NCBI GenBank assembly: GCA_965248445.1
Contig: CBDFJG010000003.1
Span: forward strand, 704,001 to 768,000
Length of the DNA stretch: 64,000 nucleotides
Direction: 5' to 3'
Source: Planctomycetota bacterium
Lineage (GTDB): Bacteria; Planctomycetota; JAJSAM01; JAJVHW01
In this document: positions 54,090 through 63,240 of the stretch, piece after piece
Numbering within the stretch: position 1 is the stretch's first letter
Layout of the letters: each line of letters opens with the position of its first letter
Translations under genes and position numbers: made by a program
The notes under the pieces: model-generated
Told to the model about the DNA's origin: nothing
Seen by the model: the letters and a program-made list of their open reading frames with translations, nothing else
Database searches by the model: none

Positions 54090-55523
54090 TCAAGAAACCC
54101 GCTCCGCGGCGCGAGCACGGCGCCTCTCGTTCCGGGTGGCGTTTCGGCGCGCGCGGGCGAGCCCCGTCGCGAGATTCTCGAGACGCAGGCTGCGGGACGC
54201 CTTGAACAGCGCCAGGTCGCCTTCGCCGAGCTGCACCAGTGGATCGCGCAACGCCGTGTCGACGTCGGGCGACCAGAAGACTTGCTCGGGGTGCAGTCCT
54301 GCCGACAACGCGCCCTCGTACGTGGCGCGAGATTCCGGCCCGACGCACCAGAGCACGTCCACACTCGCGGCGATCTCGCGCCCGCAGCCGTGGTGCATGC
54401 TCTCGGACTTGGGCCCGAGCTCTCGCATGTCACCCATCACCAGCACCCGGCGGCGCTCATCCGCTCTGGCAACCAGTTCCGACAGCGCGACGCGGAGGGA
54501 GTGCGGATTCGCGTTGTAGCAGTCGAGCAGCATCGGCACGCCCGCCATGCGGCGGCGTTCGAGACGCAACGGCGGGAGCTTGAGACGCCGCATCCCCGCT
54601 CGCGCCTCGTGCGGCGAGACCCCGAGCGACAACGCCACCGCCATGGCAGCCATCGCGTGCCGTGTGTTGTGCAGACCCATGACTGGAAGGAACAGACGCA
54701 TCTTCCCGTAAAGCCACACAGTCACGCCGCGGCGGGTGCGCTCGGCCTTCGAGCCCCACACGGTCGCGCGGCCCTCGCCCAGTCCGTACGTGACGACACG
54801 CGCGGACGTGCGCCGCACCATCGACACGCACCGATCGTCCTCACCGTTCAGGATGACGAGTCCGTCCTCGCCGATGGCGGCGGCGAGAGCACCCTTCTCC
54901 CAGGCCACACCGTCGACGCTGCCCAACCCCTCGAGGTGGGCGGGGGCGACGTTCGTGATGATGCCGACGTCCGGCCGGGCGATGTCGCAGAGATGGCGGA
55001 TCTCGCCCCGGCCGCTCGTGCCCATCTCCAGCACGAGCGCCGCTGTGTCCGCGTCGGCGGAGAGTACGGTGAGCGGCAGCCCGAGGTCGTTGTTGTACGA
55101 CCGCGGCGACTCCACGATCTTGCCGAGGGGCGCGATCGCCGCGGCGATGATCTCGCGCGCGGAACTCTTGCCGTTACTGCCGGTGATGGCGATGACCGGA
55201 CACTTGAGCGTGCGACGGTGCGCCGCCGCGAGATCGGCGAGGGCCTTCCGCGGGTACTTCACGCGCACGAGAGCACGATCGGCATACTCCTCGGGCAGAG
55301 GCGCCGCCCCCGGCTCGACGATCGCAGCGGCGGCGCCGCGACGGAGGGCGTCCGCCACGTGCGCGTGTCCGTGGGTCCGGGTCCCAGGCAGTGCGACGAA
55401 CAGGTCGCCCTCACCCACCTCGCGTGAATCGATCACCACACGGCGGATGCGGACGGAGTCACCCCGTCCTTCCAGAGCGCCCTGACAGAGGCGCGCCACC
55501 CGAGCCACGTCGAACTCGTACAT
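54090..55523 (-). CDS. murF: UDP-MurNAc-tripeptide--D-Ala-D-Ala ligase
   Basis: ITGSNGKS, SYNNDLGLPLT, DCYNANP.S and GDMRELG motifs. Confidence 0.94.
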   Translation of the reverse strand: MYEFDVARVARLCQGALEGRGDSVRIRRVVIDSREVGEGDLFVALPGTRTHGHAHVADALRRGAAAAIVEPGAAPLPEEYADRALVRVKYPRKALADLAAAHRRTLKCPVIAITGSNGKSSAREIIAAAIAPLGKIVESPRSYNNDLGLPLTVLSADADTAALVLEMGTSGRGEIRHLCDIARPDVGIITNVAPAHLEGLGSVDGVAWEKGALAAAIGEDGLVILNGEDDRCVSMVRRTSARVVTYGLGEGRATVWGSKAERTRRGVTVWLYGKMRLFLPVMGLHNTRHAMAAMAVALSLGVSPHEARAGMRRLKLPPLRLERRRMAGVPMLLDCYNANPHSLRVALSELVARADERRRVLVMGDMRELGPKSESMHHGCGREIAASVDVLWCVGPESRATYEGALSAGLHPEQVFWSPDVDTALRDPLVQLGEGDLALFKASRSLRLENLATGLARARRNATRNERRRARAAERVS

Positions 55524-55596
55524 ATCCGGACCCTCCAGCCGGCGGTCGATCGTGCCCTAACCACTATTCTTGGTGGTTACCGGGACTTAGACCACC

Positions 55597-57108
55597 TTAT
55601 CTCGTGCCCAGGGCACTCCCCTGGGCTTGCATGACACCCGCCAATTCGGCCGCCGCGACGCGGCGGTCGTCGAAGGGCACGCGATCCGTGCCGAGCACTT
55701 GGTAGTCCTCGTGCCCCTTGCCGAGGATGGCGACGCAGTCGCCGACCTGGGCCCCGCGGACGGCCAGGCCGATGGCGGCCCGCCGATCCGGCTCGACACG
55801 CACGTTCCGCGCCCCGTAGACGCCGCCGAGCATGTCTTCGATGATCCCGGCCGGGTCCTCGGTCCGCGGGTTGTCCGACGTGAACCAGCACACGTCGGAC
55901 AGCTCCGCGGCGGCCCGCGCCATGCGCGGCCGCTTCGTCTTGTCGCGGTCACCGCCGCAGCCCACCACGGTCAGGAGCCGCCCGGGGACGACCTGCCGCA
56001 GGTTGCGCAGCACGTTCGCGACCGCGTCGTCCGTGTGGGCGTAGTCGACCACGACCGTGAACGGCTGGCCGACATCCACGGCCTCGAGCCGGCCGGGCAC
56101 GCCCCTGACGGCGCTCAACCCGTCGGCCACCGCCTGTACCGGTAAGCCCATCCCCGTGAGCACCGCGGCGGCCCCGAGCAGGTTCATGACGTTGTACCGA
56201 CCGAGCAGCGGGCTGCTGAGCGGGGCGGAACCGTGCGGCGTGACGAGTTCGAAACGCACGCCTTCGGCGCCGAACACCAGGTCGCGCGCGGTCACGTGCG
56301 GGCTCGACGGGGCGTCGAGCCCGTAGCGCACCACAGTGGCCTGCACTCCGCGGGACATCGTCGCGGCGTACGGATCCTCCGAGTTCACCGCCATGACGGC
56401 GTCGGCGCCGAGACTGCGGAAGAGCTGCGCCTTCGACTCGGCGTACTCCTCCATGGACCCGTGGTAGTCGAGGTGGTCACCGGAGAGGTTCGTGAACACT
56501 GCGCCGGCGAACTCCAGGTCCGCGGTGCGGCGCTGGTTGAGCGCGTGGCTCGAGACCTCCAACGCGGCGGCGGCGCAGCCGGCCGCGCGCGCGGCCGACA
56601 GCAGGCGGTGCAACTCGTCCGCGCCCGGTGTCGTGTTCGGCGCCGGCCGCGTCTCGCCCGGCCACTCGTACGCAATCGTCCCGAGGAGTGCGCACGGTCC
56701 GCGGCCGGCGTGCTCGAGCGCGGCGCGCAACAGGTACGTCGTGGTGGTCTTGCCGTTCGTGCCGGTGACGCCGACCAGGTTGAGCTCCCGCGACGGGTGG
56801 CCGTGGAACGCAGCGGCGAGGCGCGCGAGCGCTCCGCGCGTGTCGTCCACCCGCAGGACGGGGACGGGGAGCTCACCCAGCACGGCCCCGCGCGGCGCGA
56901 CGACGACCACGGCGCCCCGGGCGGCGGCTTCGGCCGCGTAGCGGGCACCGTCCTCGTGCGTGCCGCGCAGCACGACGAAGACGTGGCCGGTCTCCACGCG
57001 CCGGCTGTCGCAGACGACGCCGGTGACAGCAGACGGGACTGGCGGCGGCACAACCCCGGGCAGGGCGTCAGCCGCGAGGTCCTCGAACAGGATCGAGCGC
57101 GAGATCAT
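55597..57108 (-). CDS. murE: UDP-MurNAc-dipeptide--meso-DAP ligase
   Basis: VTGTNGKTTT, EVSSHAL, DHLDYH, DYAHT, DNPR (DAP-type motif) and GKGHE. Confidence 0.96.
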   Translation of the reverse strand: MISRSILFEDLAADALPGVVPPPVPSAVTGVVCDSRRVETGHVFVVLRGTHEDGARYAAEAAARGAVVVVAPRGAVLGELPVPVLRVDDTRGALARLAAAFHGHPSRELNLVGVTGTNGKTTTTYLLRAALEHAGRGPCALLGTIAYEWPGETRPAPNTTPGADELHRLLSAARAAGCAAAALEVSSHALNQRRTADLEFAGAVFTNLSGDHLDYHGSMEEYAESKAQLFRSLGADAVMAVNSEDPYAATMSRGVQATVVRYGLDAPSSPHVTARDLVFGAEGVRFELVTPHGSAPLSSPLLGRYNVMNLLGAAAVLTGMGLPVQAVADGLSAVRGVPGRLEAVDVGQPFTVVVDYAHTDDAVANVLRNLRQVVPGRLLTVVGCGGDRDKTKRPRMARAAAELSDVCWFTSDNPRTEDPAGIIEDMLGGVYGARNVRVEPDRRAAIGLAVRGAQVGDCVAILGKGHEDYQVLGTDRVPFDDRRVAAAELAGVMQAQGSALGTR

Positions 57109-58901
57109 CGGTGTTGCACCTCACGGGACGGATTCGCGTGGAAGTACGCGGGTGCGGCGTCGCCGGCCCGGAGCTCCCGGGGCTTGTCCGGCGCGACGTC
57201 GTAGCGGCGCAGGGCGATGTGCAGGGCCTCCATCGCGGCGGGCGCGGCGATGTCGCCGCCGTAGTGCTTCTTGCCGGTCGGGCGGTCGGCCAGGACCAGC
57301 ACGGCGAAGCGGGGCTCCGAAACAGGGCCGAAGCACGCAAAGGACGCAATGTGCCCGACGACGCCCTCGCCCTTTCGCAGAACCTCGGCCGTGCCGGTCT
57401 TGCCGGCGACGCGGTAGCCGCGTGTATCGATGCGACGCGCGGTCCCCTCGGTCAGGACCGCCTCCATCATCGGGACGATGTCGCGGATGGCGCGCGGGGA
57501 CGCGACCCGCACCGGCGGCATCGGCGGGGCGTCCGCGAACAGCCGCGGGCGATGCAGCAAGCCGCCGTTCGCGATCGCGCCGTACGCCATGAGCATCTGC
57601 ACCGGAGTGACGGAGATCTCCTGGCCGAACGCCACGGAGCAGAGCGTGTAGACCTCGGACCACTTGCGGTCGGCCGTCATCAGGCCTGCCGACTCACCGG
57701 GCCAGCGCGCGCCGGTCTTGCGACCGAATCCGAACCGCTTCACACCGGCGCGCATCTGCTCGATGCCGGTCCGCAGCGCGATCTGGGCCATCCCGACGTT
57801 CGATGAGAGGGCGATGACACCGGCCGGAGTGAGCCGCCCGAGGTCCTTGTGCTTGTCCTCGCGGATCGTCCGGGTGGACAACTCGAGACGCCCCCCCGTG
57901 CAGTCGATCGTCTCGCCGGGCCGCACGGCGTCTGCGTCCAGCGCGATCGTCATCGCGATCGGCTTGAACACGCTGCCCAGCGCGTAGGTGTCCGTGAAGA
58001 AGGCGCTCTTTTGGGCTGCGATGTCTGACTGGGCGATGTCGTTCGGGTCGAACGTGGGTCGGGACGTGACCGCGAGCAGCTCCCCGTTCCGCACGTCGAG
58101 CACTGCCGCCACCACGGAGTGCGGTCCGTGCTCCGCGACGATCGCATCCGCGAGGCGCTCGATGTCTTGCTGCAGGACCGCGTCGATCGTGAGACGCACG
58201 TCTTCGCCGGGTACCGCGGGCTCCGTCTCGTGGTCTCCCAGCCGCACCGTCCGGCGGCGGACGTCGCGGCGGGTCTGGAGGCTCCCGCGCTTGCCGCGCA
58301 GCCGGCCGTCGGCGAGTCGCTCGGCGCCGGCCACGCCGCGCGGTCCGTCCTGCTCCTCGAGTGTGAAGCCGATGGTCTGCGCGGCCAAGCTGCCGCAGGG
58401 GTAGACGCGCACTGGTTCGTGCACGATCGAGACGCCGCGGACCGACTCCTCGCTCAGACGGCGCCGCAACTCGGTCACCTTGGAGTGGTCCTTGATCTTG
58501 CGTTGCACGTACGCGAACTGGCGTTCTGTGCGCTTGCCGGTACGGGTACTACGTCGCCACCGGTCGTCGAGCTGTTCGCTCGCATCGCAGTCCAGGACGT
58601 CGCGCAGGATTCGCACGATTTTCTCGCGCTCACCCGGCTTCCCCGCGACGTACTTCGGATCCACGCCCACCGACGCGCGGTAGACGTTCTTGGCGAGAAG
58701 CCGCCCTCGGCGATCTGTAAGTGCGCCCCGCGGCGCGTGCACGTCCTCGCGAACGAGTCGGTGCTGGCGCTCCGCGGTGAGTGCGTGCTTCTCACAATCA
58801 CGAAGCTGGATGGCAGCGAGGCGCACAAGGAGGGCCAGCAACGCGACGACCAGGACTCCGAGTCCCAGTGCCGCCCGTAGCTGGAAGCGCGCAGACGTCA
58901 T
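57105..58901 (-). CDS. ftsI: Class B penicillin-binding protein FtsI
   Basis: N-terminal TM, RG.LTDRRG, SVFK (SxxK), SSN and KTGT motifs. Confidence 0.9.
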   Translation of the reverse strand: MTSARFQLRAALGLGVLVVALLALLVRLAAIQLRDCEKHALTAERQHRLVREDVHAPRGALTDRRGRLLAKNVYRASVGVDPKYVAGKPGEREKIVRILRDVLDCDASEQLDDRWRRSTRTGKRTERQFAYVQRKIKDHSKVTELRRRLSEESVRGVSIVHEPVRVYPCGSLAAQTIGFTLEEQDGPRGVAGAERLADGRLRGKRGSLQTRRDVRRRTVRLGDHETEPAVPGEDVRLTIDAVLQQDIERLADAIVAEHGPHSVVAAVLDVRNGELLAVTSRPTFDPNDIAQSDIAAQKSAFFTDTYALGSVFKPIAMTIALDADAVRPGETIDCTGGRLELSTRTIREDKHKDLGRLTPAGVIALSSNVGMAQIALRTGIEQMRAGVKRFGFGRKTGARWPGESAGLMTADRKWSEVYTLCSVAFGQEISVTPVQMLMAYGAIANGGLLHRPRLFADAPPMPPVRVASPRAIRDIVPMMEAVLTEGTARRIDTRGYRVAGKTGTAEVLRKGEGVVGHIASFACFGPVSEPRFAVLVLADRPTGKKHYGGDIAAPAAMEALHIALRRYDVAPDKPRELRAGDAAPAYFHANPSREVQHR

Positions 58902-59278
58902 CGCGCACCTCCAGGCCGCTGAACTGCCTCGTGGCCCCGACGCCGGTCGTCGTAGCGCGTCTCTTCGGACGGGGCGCCGCGACGAAGGCGCGCGTCCAGG
59001 TCGATCGTGGCGTCGCGCCCATCCCCGGGCACGGCGAGCTGAAGGTCGAGTTGCTCGGCGCGTTCGAGCACGCGTCCGGGCGCCGACGCCTCGGCGCACT
59101 CGGACATCAGGCGGTCGTACTCGCGCTGCAGGCGCTCGGTGCGGCGCACCTCGCGGTCGAGTTCGTAACCGGCGCCCACATGCTGCGCGTGCGTCGCGAC
59201 CGTGGCGATCGCCGTCAGCCCGAGCGCAATGGCTGCGATGGGAAGCAGTCCACGGCGGGCGGGGCCGCTCCCGCTCAT
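58898..59278 (-). CDS. ftsL: FtsL-like cell division protein
   Basis: One TM followed by a coiled-coil and P.RVLERAEQLDL; lies between rsmH and ftsI with ATGA overlaps. Confidence 0.7.
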   Translation of the reverse strand: MSGSGPARRGLLPIAAIALGLTAIATVATHAQHVGAGYELDREVRRTERLQREYDRLMSECAEASAPGRVLERAEQLDLQLAVPGDGRDATIDLDARLRRGAPSEETRYDDRRRGHEAVQRPGGAR

Positions 59279-60177
59279 GCCGCGAGCACCTCGGCCGCGC
59301 GCAGGCGCGCTGACCGGCTGCGGGGGTTGGCGCTCAGCTCGGGCTTGCCCGGCGTCGCGTCGGGCAGGACCCGCACGCGTCCGGCGGCCCGTCCCCGCTG
59401 GAAGAACCGCTTCACCAACCGGTCCTCGAGTCGGTGGAACGTGAGCACAGCCATGCGACCGCCCTCGCGCACGCACCCGAGCACGGCCGGAAGACCGCGC
59501 TCGAGCCGGCCGAGTTCGTCGTTGACCACGATGCGGAGCGCCTGGAAGACCCGCGTCGCGGGGTGCAGGCGCCCGCGGCGGCCGCCCACGGCCTGCGCTA
59601 CGCACTCGGCCAGTCGCAGGGTGTCGCGGAACGGGGCGCGCCGCCGCTCGTTCACGATCGCTCGGGCGACGGTGCGGGCGCGCGGCTCCTCGCCGAAGCG
59701 CGAGAACACGTCGGCGAGCGCGTCCTCGTCGCGGGTGTTCACGACGTCGGCGGCACTCAGCTTCGCTGCCGCGTCCATGCGCATGTCAAGGGGCCCGGGG
59801 GCTTGGAAGCTGAACCCGCGCGCGGCCGTGTCAAGCTGCAGGCTGGACGCGCCGAGGTCGAGCAGGGCGCCGTCGACCGCGGACAGTCCTGCGGCCGCGA
59901 CCGCCGCCGCGGCGTCCTCGTAGCTTCCGTGGTGCAGCAGGTCCGCACGTCCCGGGAACGCCTCGTCGAGACGTGCACGCGCCGCGTCGAGTGCGTACCG
60001 GTCACGGTCGATTCCCACGACGCGACCGACCGCACCCGCGTCCCGCGTCCGTGCGAGCCAGCCGGACGCATGCCCTCCCAGGCCGAGCGTTCCGTCGAGG
60101 AGCGTGGCTCCCGCTCCCGGCGCGAGGACGGCGAGCGTCTCCTCGAGCAGCACGGGAACGTGGGCCACGGACGTCAC
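59275..60177 (-). CDS. rsmH: 16S rRNA m4C1402 methyltransferase
   Basis: HVPVLLEE, DGTLGLGGH, DLGASS.QLD, PLDMRMD, FQALRI and NPRSRSARLR motifs. Confidence 0.96.
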   Translation of the reverse strand: MTSVAHVPVLLEETLAVLAPGAGATLLDGTLGLGGHASGWLARTRDAGAVGRVVGIDRDRYALDAARARLDEAFPGRADLLHHGSYEDAAAAVAAAGLSAVDGALLDLGASSLQLDTAARGFSFQAPGPLDMRMDAAAKLSAADVVNTRDEDALADVFSRFGEEPRARTVARAIVNERRRAPFRDTLRLAECVAQAVGGRRGRLHPATRVFQALRIVVNDELGRLERGLPAVLGCVREGGRMAVLTFHRLEDRLVKRFFQRGRAAGRVRVLPDATPGKPELSANPRSRSARLRAAEVLAA

Positions 60178-60659
60178 TCAGCCGCACTCCCGCCGGCCGC
60201 GGCGTACGACGCATCGGCCAGACGCCGCGCGAATTCTTCGTCGGTGAGTGCGGTGTCGCCGTAGCGGTCCGCGGCCCAGATCTGGATGTAGCGTCCGGTA
60301 CCGCACACGGTCACCTGGATGCTGTTCTCTGCCTGTCCCTTCCTCTTCGTCTGCTTCGGATCCGGAATGCCCGCCAGCCGGCGCGCGTGCTCGTCGAGCA
60401 GAACGCGGCCCGCCTGGTCCAGCGGGCGCGCCTGGCAGTGGTGATAGAATTCGCCGGGCACGGGCGACGGATACGACGCCGCGAGCCGATCGCACACCGT
60501 GTCCCAGTAGCTCTTCGGGAGGAGCCAGATGCATCCCCGCTGTCCGGGCGCGAGCACGACCTCCCGCCGGTCCACGTCCGCGAGCCGAGCCACGAACTCG
60601 GCCGGGAGGGACACACGCCCCTTCGGATCGAGTCGACGGTCGTACCGGCCCACGAACAC
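60174..60659 (-). CDS. mraZ: Transcriptional regulator MraZ
   Basis: FVGRY...LDPKGRVSLP and LDQAGRVLL (two DxxGR motifs); first gene of the dcw cluster. Confidence 0.9.
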   Translation of the reverse strand: MFVGRYDRRLDPKGRVSLPAEFVARLADVDRREVVLAPGQRGCIWLLPKSYWDTVCDRLAASYPSPVPGEFYHHCQARPLDQAGRVLLDEHARRLAGIPDPKQTKRKGQAENSIQVTVCGTGRYIQIWAADRYGDTALTDEEFARRLADASYAAAGGSAAE

Positions 60660-60742
60660 CCGAGTGCACCTCCGTCGGGTACCCCGCGACCCCACCGGCC
60701 GACGACCACCCCCGCGGGCCGGCCCCTCCCCCGAGGAGGAGC

Positions 60743-60777
60743 ACCACTATCTCCCACGCCGTCCCACTTTACTCCAC
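60743..60777 (-). promoter_or_regulatory. MraZ operator (four GTGGN boxes, 10-bp period)
   Basis: Minus strand GTGGA-gtaaa-GTGGG-acggc-GTGGG-agata-GTGGT upstream of mraZ, matching known MraZ direct-repeat boxes. Confidence 0.85.
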
Positions 60778-60865
60778 CAGGTCGGCGGGCGCAACGGTCC
60801 GAATCGGGCGAAATCTGCTGATCCCCGGCCTCAGCTTGTCGTAAATCGCTGACAGGTAACGACTC

Positions 60866-62521
60866 GTGGCGTCCGAGCATCCCGAGCCGCCGAATTCCCA
60901 CCCGCCTCCGCGATCTCCTCGGCACGGCGCGTCGGATGCCGCCGGCGACCCCGTTGCGGCGAGCGCCAGCCGCCTGCGGGCTCTCGTCCCCCATCTGGCA
61001 GTCCTGGCCGGCGCCCTCCTCGTCCACGGGTGGCTGCAGGCCTCCACGGACGGTTTCCCCGACCGGGACGCCCGTCTGCACGGACGGCTCGCGGCGCTCA
61101 TCGCCGCCGGAGACGCACCGTGGCACGGACTCGAGTTTCCGTGGCTCACCACCAGCGCGTACGCGGACCGGCCGCTCGACTGGAGTCTCGGGTGGCACCT
61201 GCTCCTCGTTCCGTTCGTGGCTGCATTCGGCGCACTCACCGGACTGAAGATCGCCGTCGCTTTGCAGGCGTCGCTGCTCACCGCGGCGTTCCACGCCGTG
61301 CTGCGCGGTCTGCGGGTGCGCGGTGCCGTCCTCTGGACAGTCGCGTTCGTGATGGTCTTTCCCGTCTGGCTGCATCGCATTCACATGGGCCGCCCGACAC
61401 CGCTCGTGATCGTCGCGCTGCTCGCGCTCGCGTACGCCCTCCTGCAACGGCGCGCGCTGCTCGCGGCGGCGATGGCGGCGGCATCGATGCTCCTGTACCA
61501 CGTGCCCGCACCGCCGCTGCTCGTGGCCGGTGCAATCCTCGGTGCGACGTGGTGGACGGACCGGCGTGCGCCAGTCCGACTCGCCGGCGCCGTGCTGGCG
61601 GGACTGTTCCTGGGCCTCGTCCTGCACCCCGGGTTCCACGACGTGCGGGGCGGTGCGCCATGGCTCGACCGGGGCAGCTTCGCGCTGTGGAACCTGATGG
61701 CGGACTCGCTCGAGTTCGGGCGGCGGGGCGGGCACGTGGTGATGTCCGACGGCGACCGATTCGGGCTGCCGGTGCCGTTGGAGCTCGGCACGCCGTCGCT
61801 GGGAGTGTTGTGGCGGGAGATGCACGGCGCTCTTCTCGCGACGGCGTGCGCCCTGCTGTTGCTGCTGCGGCGCCGCGGACGAACGGCGCTCGCGACGGCC
61901 GCCCTCGCAGCGGCGCTGCTGGCGGTGACGACGCGCTCGGGACGCCTGTTCGAGTACTGGCACCCGTTCGCGATGCTCGCGGCCGCGGTCGCCATCAGCG
62001 GACCGGAGGGATTCGTCGATCGTGTGTCACGCCGCGTCGTGTGGACGGTAGCAATCGCAGCGGCGCTGCTGAACGTCCGTGCACTCCCCGGCCTGCTCGA
62101 GAAGTACAATCCGGACGACACCGCCGACTGCCGCGCCGCGCTGCGGGTGATCGATTCCATCGCGAGTCCCGGCGACGTCTGCTGGATCGGGAACTTCGCG
62201 GACTTCGCGCCGGCGTTCTTCCACGCGCCGCGCCTGCGCTACCCGGTGGGGATGGACTCGTACTACCTCCTCGCGCACGACGCGGAGAAAGCGCGCGAAT
62301 TCGTGCGGATCGGCACGGCCCACGCGCGGGGTGACGAACTACGCTTCCTGCTCACGCGGCGCTTCGACGCGCGATTCGTGCTGCTCTGGAACCCGCGCAC
62401 GAAGGGGGAGCGCGAGGCGCCGTATCTCGAGCTCTACACCGAACTGCGCGAGGCGCCGTGGGCGACCGAACTGCACGCCGATGAAGCATGCGCCGCGTTC
62501 GAGCTGTCACCGTGGGAGTGA
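60866..62521 (+). CDS. Polytopic membrane protein, possibly a GT-C fold glycosyltransferase
   Basis: Many TM segments, acidic DGFPDRD loop after TM1, soluble C-terminal domain. Confidence 0.6.
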   Translation: MASEHPEPPNSHPPPRSPRHGASDAAGDPVAASASRLRALVPHLAVLAGALLVHGWLQASTDGFPDRDARLHGRLAALIAAGDAPWHGLEFPWLTTSAYADRPLDWSLGWHLLLVPFVAAFGALTGLKIAVALQASLLTAAFHAVLRGLRVRGAVLWTVAFVMVFPVWLHRIHMGRPTPLVIVALLALAYALLQRRALLAAAMAAASMLLYHVPAPPLLVAGAILGATWWTDRRAPVRLAGAVLAGLFLGLVLHPGFHDVRGGAPWLDRGSFALWNLMADSLEFGRRGGHVVMSDGDRFGLPVPLELGTPSLGVLWREMHGALLATACALLLLLRRRGRTALATAALAAALLAVTTRSGRLFEYWHPFAMLAAAVAISGPEGFVDRVSRRVVWTVAIAAALLNVRALPGLLEKYNPDDTADCRAALRVIDSIASPGDVCWIGNFADFAPAFFHAPRLRYPVGMDSYYLLAHDAEKAREFVRIGTAHARGDELRFLLTRRFDARFVLLWNPRTKGEREAPYLELYTELREAPWATELHADEACAAFELSPWE

Positions 62522-62658
62522 ACGAGCGGCGCGAGCGAACGCCCGCGACCGCAGCGTGCGTGCCAGCACGCGCGGGGCGAACGACATGAACAATGTCGTT
62601 TGCAGCGGGAGCGCGAACAGTCCAAGCGGATCGCGGGAACCGCGCCCCCACGCACGGA

Positions 62659-63240
62659 TCACTGCTCGTCCTCATCCCCGTCATCCCCTAGATCAAACAG
62701 CCGCCCGAGGTCGGCGCGCAGCGACTCCGTGACGCTCTCGTCGAGTTCCGGGCACTCGATCTCGTGGGGGGTCTCGTCGGGCGGCAGGCGCACGAGCATC
62801 ATCTCTCCCCGTTCGTCGCTGAACTGCTCGATGACCTTCACGAGCCGTTTGCGCATGAGCAGCAGCGCGAGTAGGTAGCGCAGCGGCGCCCGCTCGGGCG
62901 CCCGCTCGTCGAGCAGCCGAACCAGGAACTCGCGCGCGACCTGCAGGTCGAGCGTGGCGCGCTTCTTCTCCGGTTCGGGAACCTCGATGCGCCACCAGCA
63001 GAACGGCGCCGGCGCGGTCGCAGCCTCGAAGCAGCCGGAACACAGGTCGGCTCGCTCGAACGGCGGCGCGCCATCCTCGGCCAGAGTGTCCTGGTCCGCG
63101 AGAGCGTCCGCGCCCGACGGATGGATCGGCGGGCCCTCGAACAGCGCGGAGACGACGACGTCCCGCGGCGCAAACTCGGTCGCGCAGCGCGCGCACGCCC
63201 CGCTGCGTCTTCCGGTCTTCCAGTCCGTGCGCGCCGTCAC
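62659..63240 (-). CDS. Conserved hypothetical protein with putative Zn site
   Basis: CARC...RADLCSGC...LRYLLALLLMRKR; GTGA overlap with the upstream gene. Confidence 0.7.
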   Translation of the reverse strand: MTARTDWKTGRRSGACARCATEFAPRDVVVSALFEGPPIHPSGADALADQDTLAEDGAPPFERADLCSGCFEAATAPAPFCWWRIEVPEPEKKRATLDLQVAREFLVRLLDERAPERAPLRYLLALLLMRKRLVKVIEQFSDERGEMMLVRLPPDETPHEIECPELDESVTESLRADLGRLFDLGDDGDEDEQ

